This document shows, one piece after another, positions 36,442-45,854 of a stretch of DNA of 64,000 nt. Every line of letters starts with the position of its first letter. Position 1 is the first letter of the stretch. Origin of the DNA: an uncultured Methanolobus sp. (lineage in GTDB: Archaea; Halobacteriota; Methanosarcinia; Methanosarcinales; Methanosarcinaceae). The stretch covers positions 32,001-96,000 of the forward strand of contig OY776215.1 in NCBI GenBank assembly GCA_963675495.1, in the 5' to 3' direction. A program made the position numbers and the translations under genes. Under the pieces are notes generated by a model, which had not been told where the DNA came from, searched no databases, and was given only the letters and a program-made list of their open reading frames with translations.

Positions 36442-38037
36442 CTATTTTGATAATTTCTTAAAGCATGCATCAATGTGTTCCTGCGAGTCTGGTTTTGTTA
36501 GCAGGCTTACTACCACAGCAACGATTATTGCCAGTGGAGTTGCGATAAGTATCGGATCAATAACGGTCCATGTACCTGTCAGGATGGTGTCAACACCAAA
36601 TATCGCTTTACTTATTCCAAGAGGAACAGCTTCTGATTTATGCACAAAAGCAAGCCAGAACAAGCTTGCAAAAGTTCCCACAAGCATACTGGCCGTTGCT
36701 CCCTGTCTGTTCATGCGCTTCCAGAACAGTGCACCTGCATACATTGGCAGGAATGCTGCTGCACAAAGCCCAAAGAAGATTGCTGTGGCTCTTGCAATGA
36801 TGCTTATTGGAAGTACATATGCTAGTATTACGCTTGCAATGATGGTTATTGCAATACCTGCACGGGTAATGTTAATGCTCTGTCCAAGCTCTCCTTTTTT
36901 TATATACTGGCGATAAAAATCATGTCCTATAGCTGTTCCCATGGTATGGAACTGGGAACTTAATGTGGACATTGCAGCTGCTAGCAATGCAAGCATAAAG
37001 AGTATAACAAAGACATCAGGCATGGCACTGTTAATGTATTCAGGAATTATAAGGTCTGTATTTCCCTGAGCTGCAACGACAGCGATCACGCCTTTTGTCT
37101 TCATGAAATAGACATTTGATAGTGCACCTACGGTGAATGCAACTCCTGTCATCATGAGAATGAAAGGTCCGCCAACAAGAACAGCCCTGTTAAGTGCCCG
37201 GGTATCTTTTACGGTCATGAATCTCACTGCAAGCTGGGGCTGTGCAAGCACACCAATTCCGACTCCAAGTGTCAGTGTTGAAATAAGCGTCCACCAGATA
37301 GGCGAGCCGAATGTTGGCATTGAAGTCCATCCCAGATGCCCTCCTGCTGCAAGACTTGCAGGTACCAGGTCATTCATAGCAGTAAGTGCAGAGTGTGCTG
37401 CAGTGATACCTCCAAGTTTGTCATATGTCAGGAAAAGCAATACTGCCATTCCCAGGAACATAAGCCCTCCCTGGAGGGCATCGGTGTACATGACCGCGAT
37501 GAGTCCGCCAGTAATAACGTAGGCTGCAACTATTATAGTAAGGATGAAGACTGCAACATCATAATCTATATTGAGTGTTGTTTCAACAAATCTTGCTCCT
37601 CCGATAAGTACGATACCTGCGTAAAGCGGCATGAACGTACCGATCAAAGCACCAGAGAATCCCTGTATGAATCTGGAGTTGAATCTTCGTCCAAGAAGTT
37701 CGGGGAATGTGACAGCTTCGAGTTTTGCCCCCATGCGTCTTGTCCTTGAGCCAAAAACAACAAAGGCAATGAAGATACCTACAACTATGGTCATGACAGC
37801 CAGCCAGAGCAATCCCATTCCAAGAGCACCGGCAGCTCCTCCAAAACCGACTATGGCTGAGGTACTTATGAATGTTGCACCATAGGACAATGCAAGGATA
37901 TATGGATGGATCTGTCTCCCTGCAACCATATAATCTTCGGTTTCCTTTGTTTTCTTATACCCTATCCATCCAAGATAAAAAATGATCATCATATAGATCA
38001 ATACAATAACTCCAAGTACTGGTGTACTTACAGACAT
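36442..38037 (-). CDS. Sodium:solute symporter (SSS) family protein
   Basis: DYMVAGR, SYGATFISTS, TFPELLGRRF, GGLIAVMYTD..QG, QPQLAVRF, AAAMSTLSSQ; ATG at 38037 overlaps upstream stop (TAATG). Confidence 0.92.
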   Translation of the reverse strand: MSVSTPVLGVIVLIYMMIIFYLGWIGYKKTKETEDYMVAGRQIHPYILALSYGATFISTSAIVGFGGAAGALGMGLLWLAVMTIVVGIFIAFVVFGSRTRRMGAKLEAVTFPELLGRRFNSRFIQGFSGALIGTFMPLYAGIVLIGGARFVETTLNIDYDVAVFILTIIVAAYVITGGLIAVMYTDALQGGLMFLGMAVLLFLTYDKLGGITAAHSALTAMNDLVPASLAAGGHLGWTSMPTFGSPIWWTLISTLTLGVGIGVLAQPQLAVRFMTVKDTRALNRAVLVGGPFILMMTGVAFTVGALSNVYFMKTKGVIAVVAAQGNTDLIIPEYINSAMPDVFVILFMLALLAAAMSTLSSQFHTMGTAIGHDFYRQYIKKGELGQSINITRAGIAITIIASVILAYVLPISIIARATAIFFGLCAAAFLPMYAGALFWKRMNRQGATASMLVGTFASLFWLAFVHKSEAVPLGISKAIFGVDTILTGTWTVIDPILIATPLAIIVAVVVSLLTKPDSQEHIDACFKKLSK

Positions 38038-38162
38038 TAACACACCTCATCCTGAGCATCTTCTTCGTTCCACTTAAAAGCACCATAGATTATGCAACCG
38101 ATGGCACTGATAAAGCAAAGAATGTATGCTATCCATATCTGGGGATCATCTATACCAAGCAT
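38037..38162 (-). CDS. Symporter small accessory membrane protein (41 aa)
   Basis: Not in ORF track; MLGIDDPQIWIAYILCFISAIGCIIYGAFKWNEEDAQDEVC*, GAGGAG RBS, paralogue of 92-208. Confidence 0.85.
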   Translation of the reverse strand: MLGIDDPQIWIAYILCFISAIGCIIYGAFKWNEEDAQDEVC

Positions 38163-38504
38163 TTTTCTTAATCTCCTCATTATTTGTGGTAAGTAATATC
38201 ACTATAAATCGTGGCAATTGCTATTCTAAACTACTATTTAAATCTGTTTAGTTGAATTTATAATAGATTCAACTTTGGCTTATGTGCTGGTAGAGATTTA
38301 AAAAAAAGGAAAAAAATAGAGCAAATGCACTAATCCTTGTATGATTTTAAAGAATTTGATATTGATGTGGAATGTATTGAAGATAAAAGATGTGTTGATT
38401 TTGCCGGTGGAAACTGTGCATGATGATTTGGGATGATATGAATGGATGTTTTAATCTTATATTTCAAGGAATCAGAATAAGACTAAATTGGACAAAGCTT
38501 ATCT

Positions 38505-38858
38505 TCAAATGTAATATTTAACGTAGAATCTGTAAAAAACTCTTATTTCGTCTAATTCTTTAGCTTCAACTTGAAAATCACTTTTATTTTCATTTGCAAC
38601 ATATGTCAGGTCGTTGAAGACTACTTCACAGTTAATGTTCTCAGGGAGTTGCGATTTGAAGCTGTCACATTTTGCTATGATTTCATGCAGCATTTTTTCT
38701 GTTTCAAGTGGCTCAAAGATTTTGTCATTGATAGGTGCGTAGACAACCTCTGTTGTCAATTTTTCCCTTCCTTCCAAATTCATCCAGAAACCGTTGACAT
38801 GTGCACCATCAATCATGTAATCCTTGATTTCGAAACTCTTGCTTATCACATTCTTCAA
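38505..38858 (-). CDS. Hypothetical protein (117 aa)
   Basis: TTG start with AGGTG RBS, protein-like composition, fills the gap between the two SSS units. Confidence 0.55.
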   Translation of the reverse strand: MKNVISKSFEIKDYMIDGAHVNGFWMNLEGREKLTTEVVYAPINDKIFEPLETEKMLHEIIAKCDSFKSQLPENINCEVVFNDLTYVANENKSDFQVEAKELDEIRVFYRFYVKYYI

Positions 38859-39027
38859 TTTGGAACACCTTTTGTTTTTATTTATATTGATTATTTAAAT
38901 CTGTTTTCATGAATTGGTTTCGAACCAAAGTAAAAATCTTACAAATCTTGAGAAGATGCTTGAATAAAAAAGAAATGGTTTTGAAGGTTATTTTCAGCAC
39001 CTGTTCAAAAGCCAAGTATTTTACTTC

Positions 39028-40440
39028 TTATTCACTTTCTGTCACAGAAGCCGGTCGTGGACTTGCCAGGCTTCCTCCCAGATATGCAACGGTACCAAAG
39101 ATCAAGCCGATGAACACCGGGTGGATGAGTGGATTGCCAAAGAGTTGCCAGAGCACCACTGAACCGAAACTTGCCACCAGGCTGGCGACAAATCCTGTTG
39201 CTGTACCACGGTCCCAGTAAAGTCCGAAAATAAGCGGTATGAAGACACAGCATGCGATAACACCCATGCTTGCGGACACCAGAGGTACTATCATCTGTGG
39301 CACATCCATTGCAAAGAATGCTGAGACTATAATGATAATAACTCCTACTATCCTTGTCATACGAAGCACCACATTATCAGGAGTTGCCGGACGCAGGTAC
39401 TTCAGGATATCTGAAGTAAGGGCTGTTGTCGTGACCAGTACAATAGCACTCATTGTTGACATGGCAGCAGAGATAGCAGCTAGCAGTACGATGCTATCAA
39501 ATCCACGGGGCAACAGTGATGTTGCTAAAAATGGTATCAAACCATCCGGATTAGTCATGAACGGAGCTAATTGCTCTGAGCTGAACACTCCGTGTGCCAA
39601 AACTCCCAGAGAGAAGATACATAGAGCGTAAATGGTGATGGATATTGGTCCATAGATGCCTGCAAAGCGTACTACTCTCCTGTCTTTGGCAGAGAACAAC
39701 ATAATCAGTAGATCGGGCAATGCCAGAAGGCCAAGACTTATGGAAAATGCCATTCCAAAGGTCTTTTGCCATGGAACTGCAGCTCCACTCATACTCAATA
39801 TGTCAGCAGGGACCATATCCCATATTGCCATTCCGCCACCACTTGAAATAAGTCCTGTGTATAGCAACACTGCACCCACAAGCATGATAAGTCCCTGCAG
39901 GAAACTGATCCAGATGATCGCAGGTAGTCCTCCAATAACATAGTAGAGAGCCACGATGATAACAGCTATGAGGAGACCTTGCACATATGTTACTCCAAGC
40001 AGACCCTGGAAAAGGTTGGCACAACCTTTGAAGATAGCAACCAGATATACTGTGTACATCAACAACATGATAGCTGCAAGCAGGACCTTACCTTTCTGTG
40101 AATTGTACCTGCGTTCCAGTAGTTGTGGAACGGTCTTGGCATCGTACTTCTGTGAGAACATCCATATTTTGGGTGCAATGATGAATGCAAGACAGGCAAA
40201 TGCCACGTGGAAGAAAACTCCCCAGATGACCCATGGAAGGCCGGCAATGAGTCCATATCCTCCGCCTCCAAGGAAAGAAGCGGCGCTGAAATACGCAGCC
40301 ATATATGCAATCCCTATTACCGCAGGATGCATCACATTGCGGTCTGATACAGCAAATCCTGAAAAGGTCCCCTGCTTTAGTTTCAGGGAAAGCAAAAGTA
40401 TCCCAATTATGTATAATACCAGAAGAATATGATTAAGCAT
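39028..40440 (-). CDS. Sodium:solute symporter (SSS) family protein, divergent paralogue
   Basis: YFSAASFLG, TVPQLLERRY, YYVIGGL, SAAMSTMS, GLYW; many TM helices. Confidence 0.9.
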   Translation of the reverse strand: MLNHILLVLYIIGILLLSLKLKQGTFSGFAVSDRNVMHPAVIGIAYMAAYFSAASFLGGGGYGLIAGLPWVIWGVFFHVAFACLAFIIAPKIWMFSQKYDAKTVPQLLERRYNSQKGKVLLAAIMLLMYTVYLVAIFKGCANLFQGLLGVTYVQGLLIAVIIVALYYVIGGLPAIIWISFLQGLIMLVGAVLLYTGLISSGGGMAIWDMVPADILSMSGAAVPWQKTFGMAFSISLGLLALPDLLIMLFSAKDRRVVRFAGIYGPISITIYALCIFSLGVLAHGVFSSEQLAPFMTNPDGLIPFLATSLLPRGFDSIVLLAAISAAMSTMSAIVLVTTTALTSDILKYLRPATPDNVVLRMTRIVGVIIIIVSAFFAMDVPQMIVPLVSASMGVIACCVFIPLIFGLYWDRGTATGFVASLVASFGSVVLWQLFGNPLIHPVFIGLIFGTVAYLGGSLASPRPASVTESE

Positions 40441-40441
40441 G

Positions 40442-40531
40442 TTAGCGCCTCAATATGAAATAGAATGTTGTGGCCAGCATGATCACGATAGCGATTATAA
40501 GATAAATGTAAGGTAAGGGCATTAGGACCAT
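40442..40531 (-). CDS. Putative 29-aa single-TM microprotein upstream of the SSS gene
   Basis: Not in ORF track; MVLMPLPYIYLIIAIVIMLATTFYFILRR*, purine-rich RBS, stop 1 nt before the SSS ATG. Confidence 0.6.
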   Translation of the reverse strand: MVLMPLPYIYLIIAIVIMLATTFYFILRR

Positions 40532-40902
40532 CTCTTCCTTTCCATGATTTCGTTTTTGTTAATTATTGTTTTTAGACTGCTATAGGTCAATACCAATTAT
40601 GACTTCCTCCTCAAAAGGATATATCTATACTATAATGCTCGAGGATGTACAGTAACATTTAAAAAGGTTTTTGTTCGACCTCAGTTCTATAGCCTGCTAT
40701 TATTCAACTTACCAAAACAGTGTCATTAACTGTGATTTGCTGGTCTTTCCCGAACTAAAAAGTAATGACAAAACATTTATATTTCATCAAATAAGTGCAT
40801 AGGTCAGCATCAATGTATGAATATATGCAATGTTTCACGTTTCGGATGTGAATATATTGTTTGATTTTCTTTTAATCATATCCATTTATCTATTCAAGAG
40901 GA

Positions 40903-42792
40903 ATGATATTGACCAGTAAACGCATATTAATGGGTAACGAAGCAATTGCTTTCGGAGCCATCAAAGCTGGTGTCCAGATAGCAAGTGGCTATCCAGGTAC
41001 CCCTTCAACCGAGGTTATGGAGACAATTGCTTCTCATGCAAAAGAGTATGGTATCTATGCCGAATGGGCTACTAATGAGAAAGTAGCACTTGAGACCGCC
41101 GTAGGAGCTGCATATTCAGGTGCAAATGCCATGGTAACCATGAAACAGGTTGGGCTGAACGTGGCTTCTGATCCTTTAATGAGTCTTTCGTACATAGGGG
41201 TTAAAGGTTCACTGGTAATTGTTGTTTCAGATGATCCTGGTCCACATTCATCCCAGACCGAACAGGATACCAGGGTATTTGGTCATTTTGCAAACATACC
41301 TGTACTGGATCCTGCAACGCCACAGGAAGCCTATGATATGACAAAACTGGCTTTTAAATTATCACACGAGATGGAAACTCCTGTTATACTCAGGACCACA
41401 ACCCGTGTATCTCACGGCTGTTCCGATGTGCTGATAGAGGACTTATCGCCGGTTTCCAGAGATATGGAAGGATTTGTGAAAGACACAAGATGGACCATAT
41501 TCCCAAAACTAACGGCACAGAGGCACCCTCTGCTGGAAGAGCTTCAGATCACTATGTCAGACCGTTTCTCTGAATACTTTGCAGATAACTCTTTTAATTC
41601 AGTATCAAAAGGCAGCAGCAAAATAGGAATTGCAGCTTCGGGTGTTTCATATCTTTACGCAAAGGAAGCTATAAGTAATTATGCTGGCACATTTTCAGTA
41701 TTCAAAGCAGGAACTGTGTATCCTTTCCCTGAAAAGGCAGCCCTTGAATTCCTCAAAAATATTAATGACCTGATAGTTGTAGAGGAGCTGGACCCCTATC
41801 TTGAGGAGCAGTTCCTGCAAGTGGCAGGCAAATATCATCTTAACGTCAATATACATGGGAAGAAAGACGGTTCTTTCCCAGTCAGTGGGGAGTACGACGT
41901 TGATGTTGTTATAGACGGTATGAACAGGGTACTGGAAAGTATCAATAGTGGCATTTCTCCGCTTACTCACTCAGAACCTGCAATAGAGCAGAATGATATT
42001 CCTCCTTTGCCTGTGAGAGCTCCCACGTTGTGTGCTGGTTGCATGCACAGGACTGTCTTCTATGCGTTCAAAAAAGCCGCCGGCAAATTACGTTCACAGA
42101 AAGGTGTAGAATCCATATTTTCCGGTGATATCGGCTGTTACACACTGGGTAATGCCAAACCTCTTGAAATGGTCAATACCTGTCTCTGTATGGGTGCCGG
42201 TATCAGCATCGCTGCCGGTCTGTCCCAGACACAGGAATACAGGGGTGGTCTGAAGGCAAAGCAGGTATCCTTCATAGGCGATTCTACCTTTTTCCACTCG
42301 GGGATTGCTGCTGTTATCAGTGCAGTATATAACAATGCTGACATTACCATTGCAGTCCTTGACAACCGTACAACTGCCATGACAGGACATCAGCCCCATC
42401 CTGGTATAGGTCTAACAGCTCTTGGATCTCCTGCAAAGATCATCGATATAGCAGAGGTTCTCAAAAGTTGCGGGGTAGGTATGGTCAAAACAATAGAGAT
42501 CGATTCCCTTGATGAGTGCATGAATATAGCCACTGAGGCCATGGAGTTTGAAGGTCCTTCAGCCGTTGTGTTCAAAGGAAACTGTGTTGCTATCTGCAAG
42601 GGACAGGGACAGTATCTCGTGGATGAGGACAAATGTACAGGTTGCAGGCTCTGTATATCCCAGTTGGGATGTCCTGCCATTTTTTCAATATCTTCGGGTT
42701 TGCCTGTCATTCAGGACACCTGTAGTGGATGTGGTCTGTGTGCAGAGATATGTCCGTCAGATGCTATTGTCCTGAAGGAGGTCTTACAATGA
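40903..42792 (+). CDS. iorA: Indolepyruvate:ferredoxin oxidoreductase alpha subunit
   Basis: MGNEAIA.GA, YPGTPSTE, NEKVALE, MKQVGLNVA, SSQTEQD, GDIGCY, IGDSTFFHSG, DNRTTAMTG.QP, C-terminal ferredoxin. Confidence 0.95.
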   Translation: MILTSKRILMGNEAIAFGAIKAGVQIASGYPGTPSTEVMETIASHAKEYGIYAEWATNEKVALETAVGAAYSGANAMVTMKQVGLNVASDPLMSLSYIGVKGSLVIVVSDDPGPHSSQTEQDTRVFGHFANIPVLDPATPQEAYDMTKLAFKLSHEMETPVILRTTTRVSHGCSDVLIEDLSPVSRDMEGFVKDTRWTIFPKLTAQRHPLLEELQITMSDRFSEYFADNSFNSVSKGSSKIGIAASGVSYLYAKEAISNYAGTFSVFKAGTVYPFPEKAALEFLKNINDLIVVEELDPYLEEQFLQVAGKYHLNVNIHGKKDGSFPVSGEYDVDVVIDGMNRVLESINSGISPLTHSEPAIEQNDIPPLPVRAPTLCAGCMHRTVFYAFKKAAGKLRSQKGVESIFSGDIGCYTLGNAKPLEMVNTCLCMGAGISIAAGLSQTQEYRGGLKAKQVSFIGDSTFFHSGIAAVISAVYNNADITIAVLDNRTTAMTGHQPHPGIGLTALGSPAKIIDIAEVLKSCGVGMVKTIEIDSLDECMNIATEAMEFEGPSAVVFKGNCVAICKGQGQYLVDEDKCTGCRLCISQLGCPAIFSISSGLPVIQDTCSGCGLCAEICPSDAIVLKEVLQ

Positions 42793-43400
42793 AATTCGAT
42801 ATTCTTATTGCAGGTGTCGGTGGTCAGGGTGTCGTACTTGCCTCCCGTTTACTTGCCACCGCTGCCATGGATGCCGGTTTGCATGTAGCCACAGCTGAGA
42901 CAATAGGTATGGCTCAGAGAGAAGGATCAGTTACAAGTCATGTGAGGATCGGGGACAATGTATGTGGTTCACTTATCCCTCAGGGAAGTGCCGATCTTTT
43001 GATAGGGCTTGAACCAGGCGAAGCTGCCCGCAACCTTCGTTTTTTATGCAAAGGTGCCAGTATTGTGGTCAATGAGCATGCAATAATGCCATCGACTCAG
43101 GGTAGTGAAGTATATGATCCAAATCAGATGCTCGATTTTCTGAAGAGTAACTGTCCGGAAATAATATCTGCTGATTTCACCGGTCTTGCAAAAAATGCGG
43201 GAACATACAGGGCAGCTAATGTATCTATGATAGCGGCCGCTGCAGGTGCCGGTCTTTTACCTTTCTCAGTGGAATATCTGTGGAATGTGCTTGAAAAGAT
43301 GATTCCGGAAAAATACAGGGATGTTAATCGTAGGGCATATGACATGGCAATTGAAAGTGTTCCAAAGACAAAAAGAGAAATTCCTTCCGTGGATCAATGA
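42789..43400 (+). CDS. iorB: Indolepyruvate:ferredoxin oxidoreductase beta subunit
   Basis: GVGGQG, ETIGMAQREGSV.SHVR; ATGA overlap with iorA. Confidence 0.93.
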   Translation: MKFDILIAGVGGQGVVLASRLLATAAMDAGLHVATAETIGMAQREGSVTSHVRIGDNVCGSLIPQGSADLLIGLEPGEAARNLRFLCKGASIVVNEHAIMPSTQGSEVYDPNQMLDFLKSNCPEIISADFTGLAKNAGTYRAANVSMIAAAAGAGLLPFSVEYLWNVLEKMIPEKYRDVNRRAYDMAIESVPKTKREIPSVDQ

Positions 43401-43417
43401 TGGCAGGAGTGAGATGA

Positions 43418-44752
43418 ATGTGTGATAGTCATGAAATTGATGGTTTAAAGAACGTGGTTCCTGTAAGTGAATGTGAAACTGAAAGTTGTTGCACACATTC
43501 TGGTCTATCCGATGAAGAAAGAACGACCAAGCTAAGACAGCTTCTTCAAAGGGTTGCAAAGGGAAGTCCTTTCTACAAGCGAAAATACTCAGAGACTGGT
43601 GTTGATATCAATGCTATAAAGACTCTCGAGGATATCAGCAAACTCCCACTAACTACCAAGGAAGAGCTAAGAGATGCCTATCCTCTTGGTCTTCAGGCTG
43701 TACCGGATAAAGAGATTGTGAGGATACATTCATCTTCAGGTACAACCGGAAGTCCTGTCATAATCCCATATACCAAAAGAGATGTGGAGGTATGGGCAGA
43801 GATGATGATGCGCTGCTACCAGATGGCAGGGCTTACGAATACGGACAGGATACAGATAACACCCGGATACGGATTATGGACCGCAGGCATAGGTTTCCAG
43901 GCAGGTGCAGAGCTTCTGGGAGCCATGGCAGTTCCAATGGGTCCGGGAAATACGGAAAAACAGCTTCAGATGATGCTTGATTTGAAGTCCACAGTTCTTG
44001 GCAGCACTTCCTCATATGCTCTCCTGCTTGCAGAGGAGATTAGTAAAAGGGGTCTTAAGGACAGTATCAAATTGAAGGTTGGTATCATCGGCTCTGAGCG
44101 CTGGAGTCCTAAGATGAGAGCACGCATCGAGGACGAGCTTGGCATCGAGACTTTTGATATCTTCGGTCTCACCGAAGTATACGGACCTGGCATTGCTCTT
44201 GATTGCCCTATGCATGATGGTCTGCATTACTGGTCAGACCACCTGTTCTTTGAGATAATAGACCCCGTTACAGGAGAGAGCCTGCCAGATGGTACTCTTG
44301 GAGAGCTTGTGATAACCACGCTGACCAAGGAAGGTGCTCCACTTATACGTTACAGGACAAGAGACCTCACACGCATCATACCCGAACCATGCAAATGTGG
44401 AAGTCCTTTCCCACGCATAGACCGCCTGCTCGGACGTACTGATGACCGCATCAAGATAAAAGGTGTAAATGTTTACCCCGGCCAGATAGAAGATGTCATA
44501 CACAGAGTGGAAGGTGTGAGCAGTGAGTATCAGATAGTCCTTGAAAGGGCTGCCGGAAGGGATACCATGCTTTTCAAGGTCGAGGTCGAAAATGCAGATG
44601 ATCCGCAGACCAACACGAAAAAAGCAAAGTTAATGAACAAAGCATTCCAGGATTTCATAGGTATCAGCGTTGACGTAGAATGTGTTGGAATTGGAGCATT
44701 GCCACGTAGTGAGAAAAAGAGTAAGAGAGTTATTGATAACAGGGAAATGTGA
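43418..44752 (+). CDS. paaK: Phenylacetate--CoA ligase family protein
   Basis: RIHSSSGTTG, YGLWTAG.G, FGLTEVYGPG, PLIRYRT.D, GRTDD..KIKGVNVYP. Confidence 0.9.
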   Translation: MCDSHEIDGLKNVVPVSECETESCCTHSGLSDEERTTKLRQLLQRVAKGSPFYKRKYSETGVDINAIKTLEDISKLPLTTKEELRDAYPLGLQAVPDKEIVRIHSSSGTTGSPVIIPYTKRDVEVWAEMMMRCYQMAGLTNTDRIQITPGYGLWTAGIGFQAGAELLGAMAVPMGPGNTEKQLQMMLDLKSTVLGSTSSYALLLAEEISKRGLKDSIKLKVGIIGSERWSPKMRARIEDELGIETFDIFGLTEVYGPGIALDCPMHDGLHYWSDHLFFEIIDPVTGESLPDGTLGELVITTLTKEGAPLIRYRTRDLTRIIPEPCKCGSPFPRIDRLLGRTDDRIKIKGVNVYPGQIEDVIHRVEGVSSEYQIVLERAAGRDTMLFKVEVENADDPQTNTKKAKLMNKAFQDFIGISVDVECVGIGALPRSEKKSKRVIDNREM

Positions 44753-45001
44753 AATACGTCATTTCACTCAATGACTTTAGTTTCCATTCTCATTCTTTTC
44801 TGATACATAGAGCCGATGAACAGGAAACAGATTTATATCATAGGCTCAAAACCCTTTATATGTAGTTCTATAATCAGCTACGTGGGGTGGCTGCTATATC
44901 AGATCTTAGAATTTATAATCAGGGTCTATATAATTAGGATTCGTAAGGGGATTGTTTGATATCAGAATGATGTTTCCTCATGACCTTGGTGGGGATAATG
45001 A

Positions 45002-45646
45002 ATGGATATAAATATTACAAATACACTGGAAATGCCAATATGGTGGCCGGATTATATATCTGTTGGAATTTTCTTTTTTGTTCTGGGTGTCACAGGTGCT
45101 GCAATAATAGTTTATCTTGGCAGATGGGATGAGTTCATGGAAAATACTGCTCGTATACTGGAGCTCGATGAACATATCAAGTGCTTAAAATCGAAACAAT
45201 CAAAAGCAATAGATGATACTGATAAAGAACGTCTATGGCAGGAAATGATGAAACAACAGGAGGAACTGAATAAGGAAAAAGGTTTCATCCGAAATATGGG
45301 GATTGTAATCTATCTTTTTGTCGGGGGTACAGTTGCAAGCATTATGGCCAATAGTATGCTTGAAGCAGTTGCAATTGGTGCAGGCTGGACTGGTCTCATA
45401 GGTGCCTTTGGAATCAAAAAAAATGCTGACGAACGGATGAAACGAGCTGATAAGGATGCTTCTCAAGATGCTCGTACTGCTGACATGATTACTAAGAAAC
45501 ATGAGAAAATTAATAAGGAGCACGAGGAAAAGACCATAGAAGCATATTCTGATGGATATGCAGATGCCATAGAGACAGCTGCTAGGGTTATGGACATTGA
45601 TAGCAAGGACCTGACAGAGAAAATAATTAAGAGTTTAGAGGTATGA
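45002..45646 (+). CDS. Hypothetical membrane protein with coiled-coil segments (214 aa)
   Basis: GGTGGGG RBS; about three hydrophobic segments separated by charged helical regions. Confidence 0.7.
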   Translation: MDINITNTLEMPIWWPDYISVGIFFFVLGVTGAAIIVYLGRWDEFMENTARILELDEHIKCLKSKQSKAIDDTDKERLWQEMMKQQEELNKEKGFIRNMGIVIYLFVGGTVASIMANSMLEAVAIGAGWTGLIGAFGIKKNADERMKRADKDASQDARTADMITKKHEKINKEHEEKTIEAYSDGYADAIETAARVMDIDSKDLTEKIIKSLEV

Positions 45647-45786
45647 TGATGGAAGAGAGAGAAACACTCAAAAAAATTGTGAAACAAAAAGCTATGCTAT
45701 ACAAGGAAGATTGGGCTCTGGAAGAGGATGATGAGATTAAGCAGGCGCTAAGTTCACTTAAGAAAAGGGCACAGAAAAAATATTAA
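45643..45786 (+). CDS. Small charged hypothetical protein (up to 47 aa)
   Basis: Not in ORF track; MMMEERETLKKIVKQKAMLYKEDWALEEDDEIKQALSSLKKRAQKKY*; GAGGT RBS and ATGA overlap with the upstream gene. Confidence 0.55.
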   Translation: MMMEERETLKKIVKQKAMLYKEDWALEEDDEIKQALSSLKKRAQKKY

Positions 45787-45854
45787 CTAGTTTTCTCCTG
45801 TCTGCACTGTTTTTCGTATAATGATGTCGAATCCGGTTGAAAGAGGATTTCACA

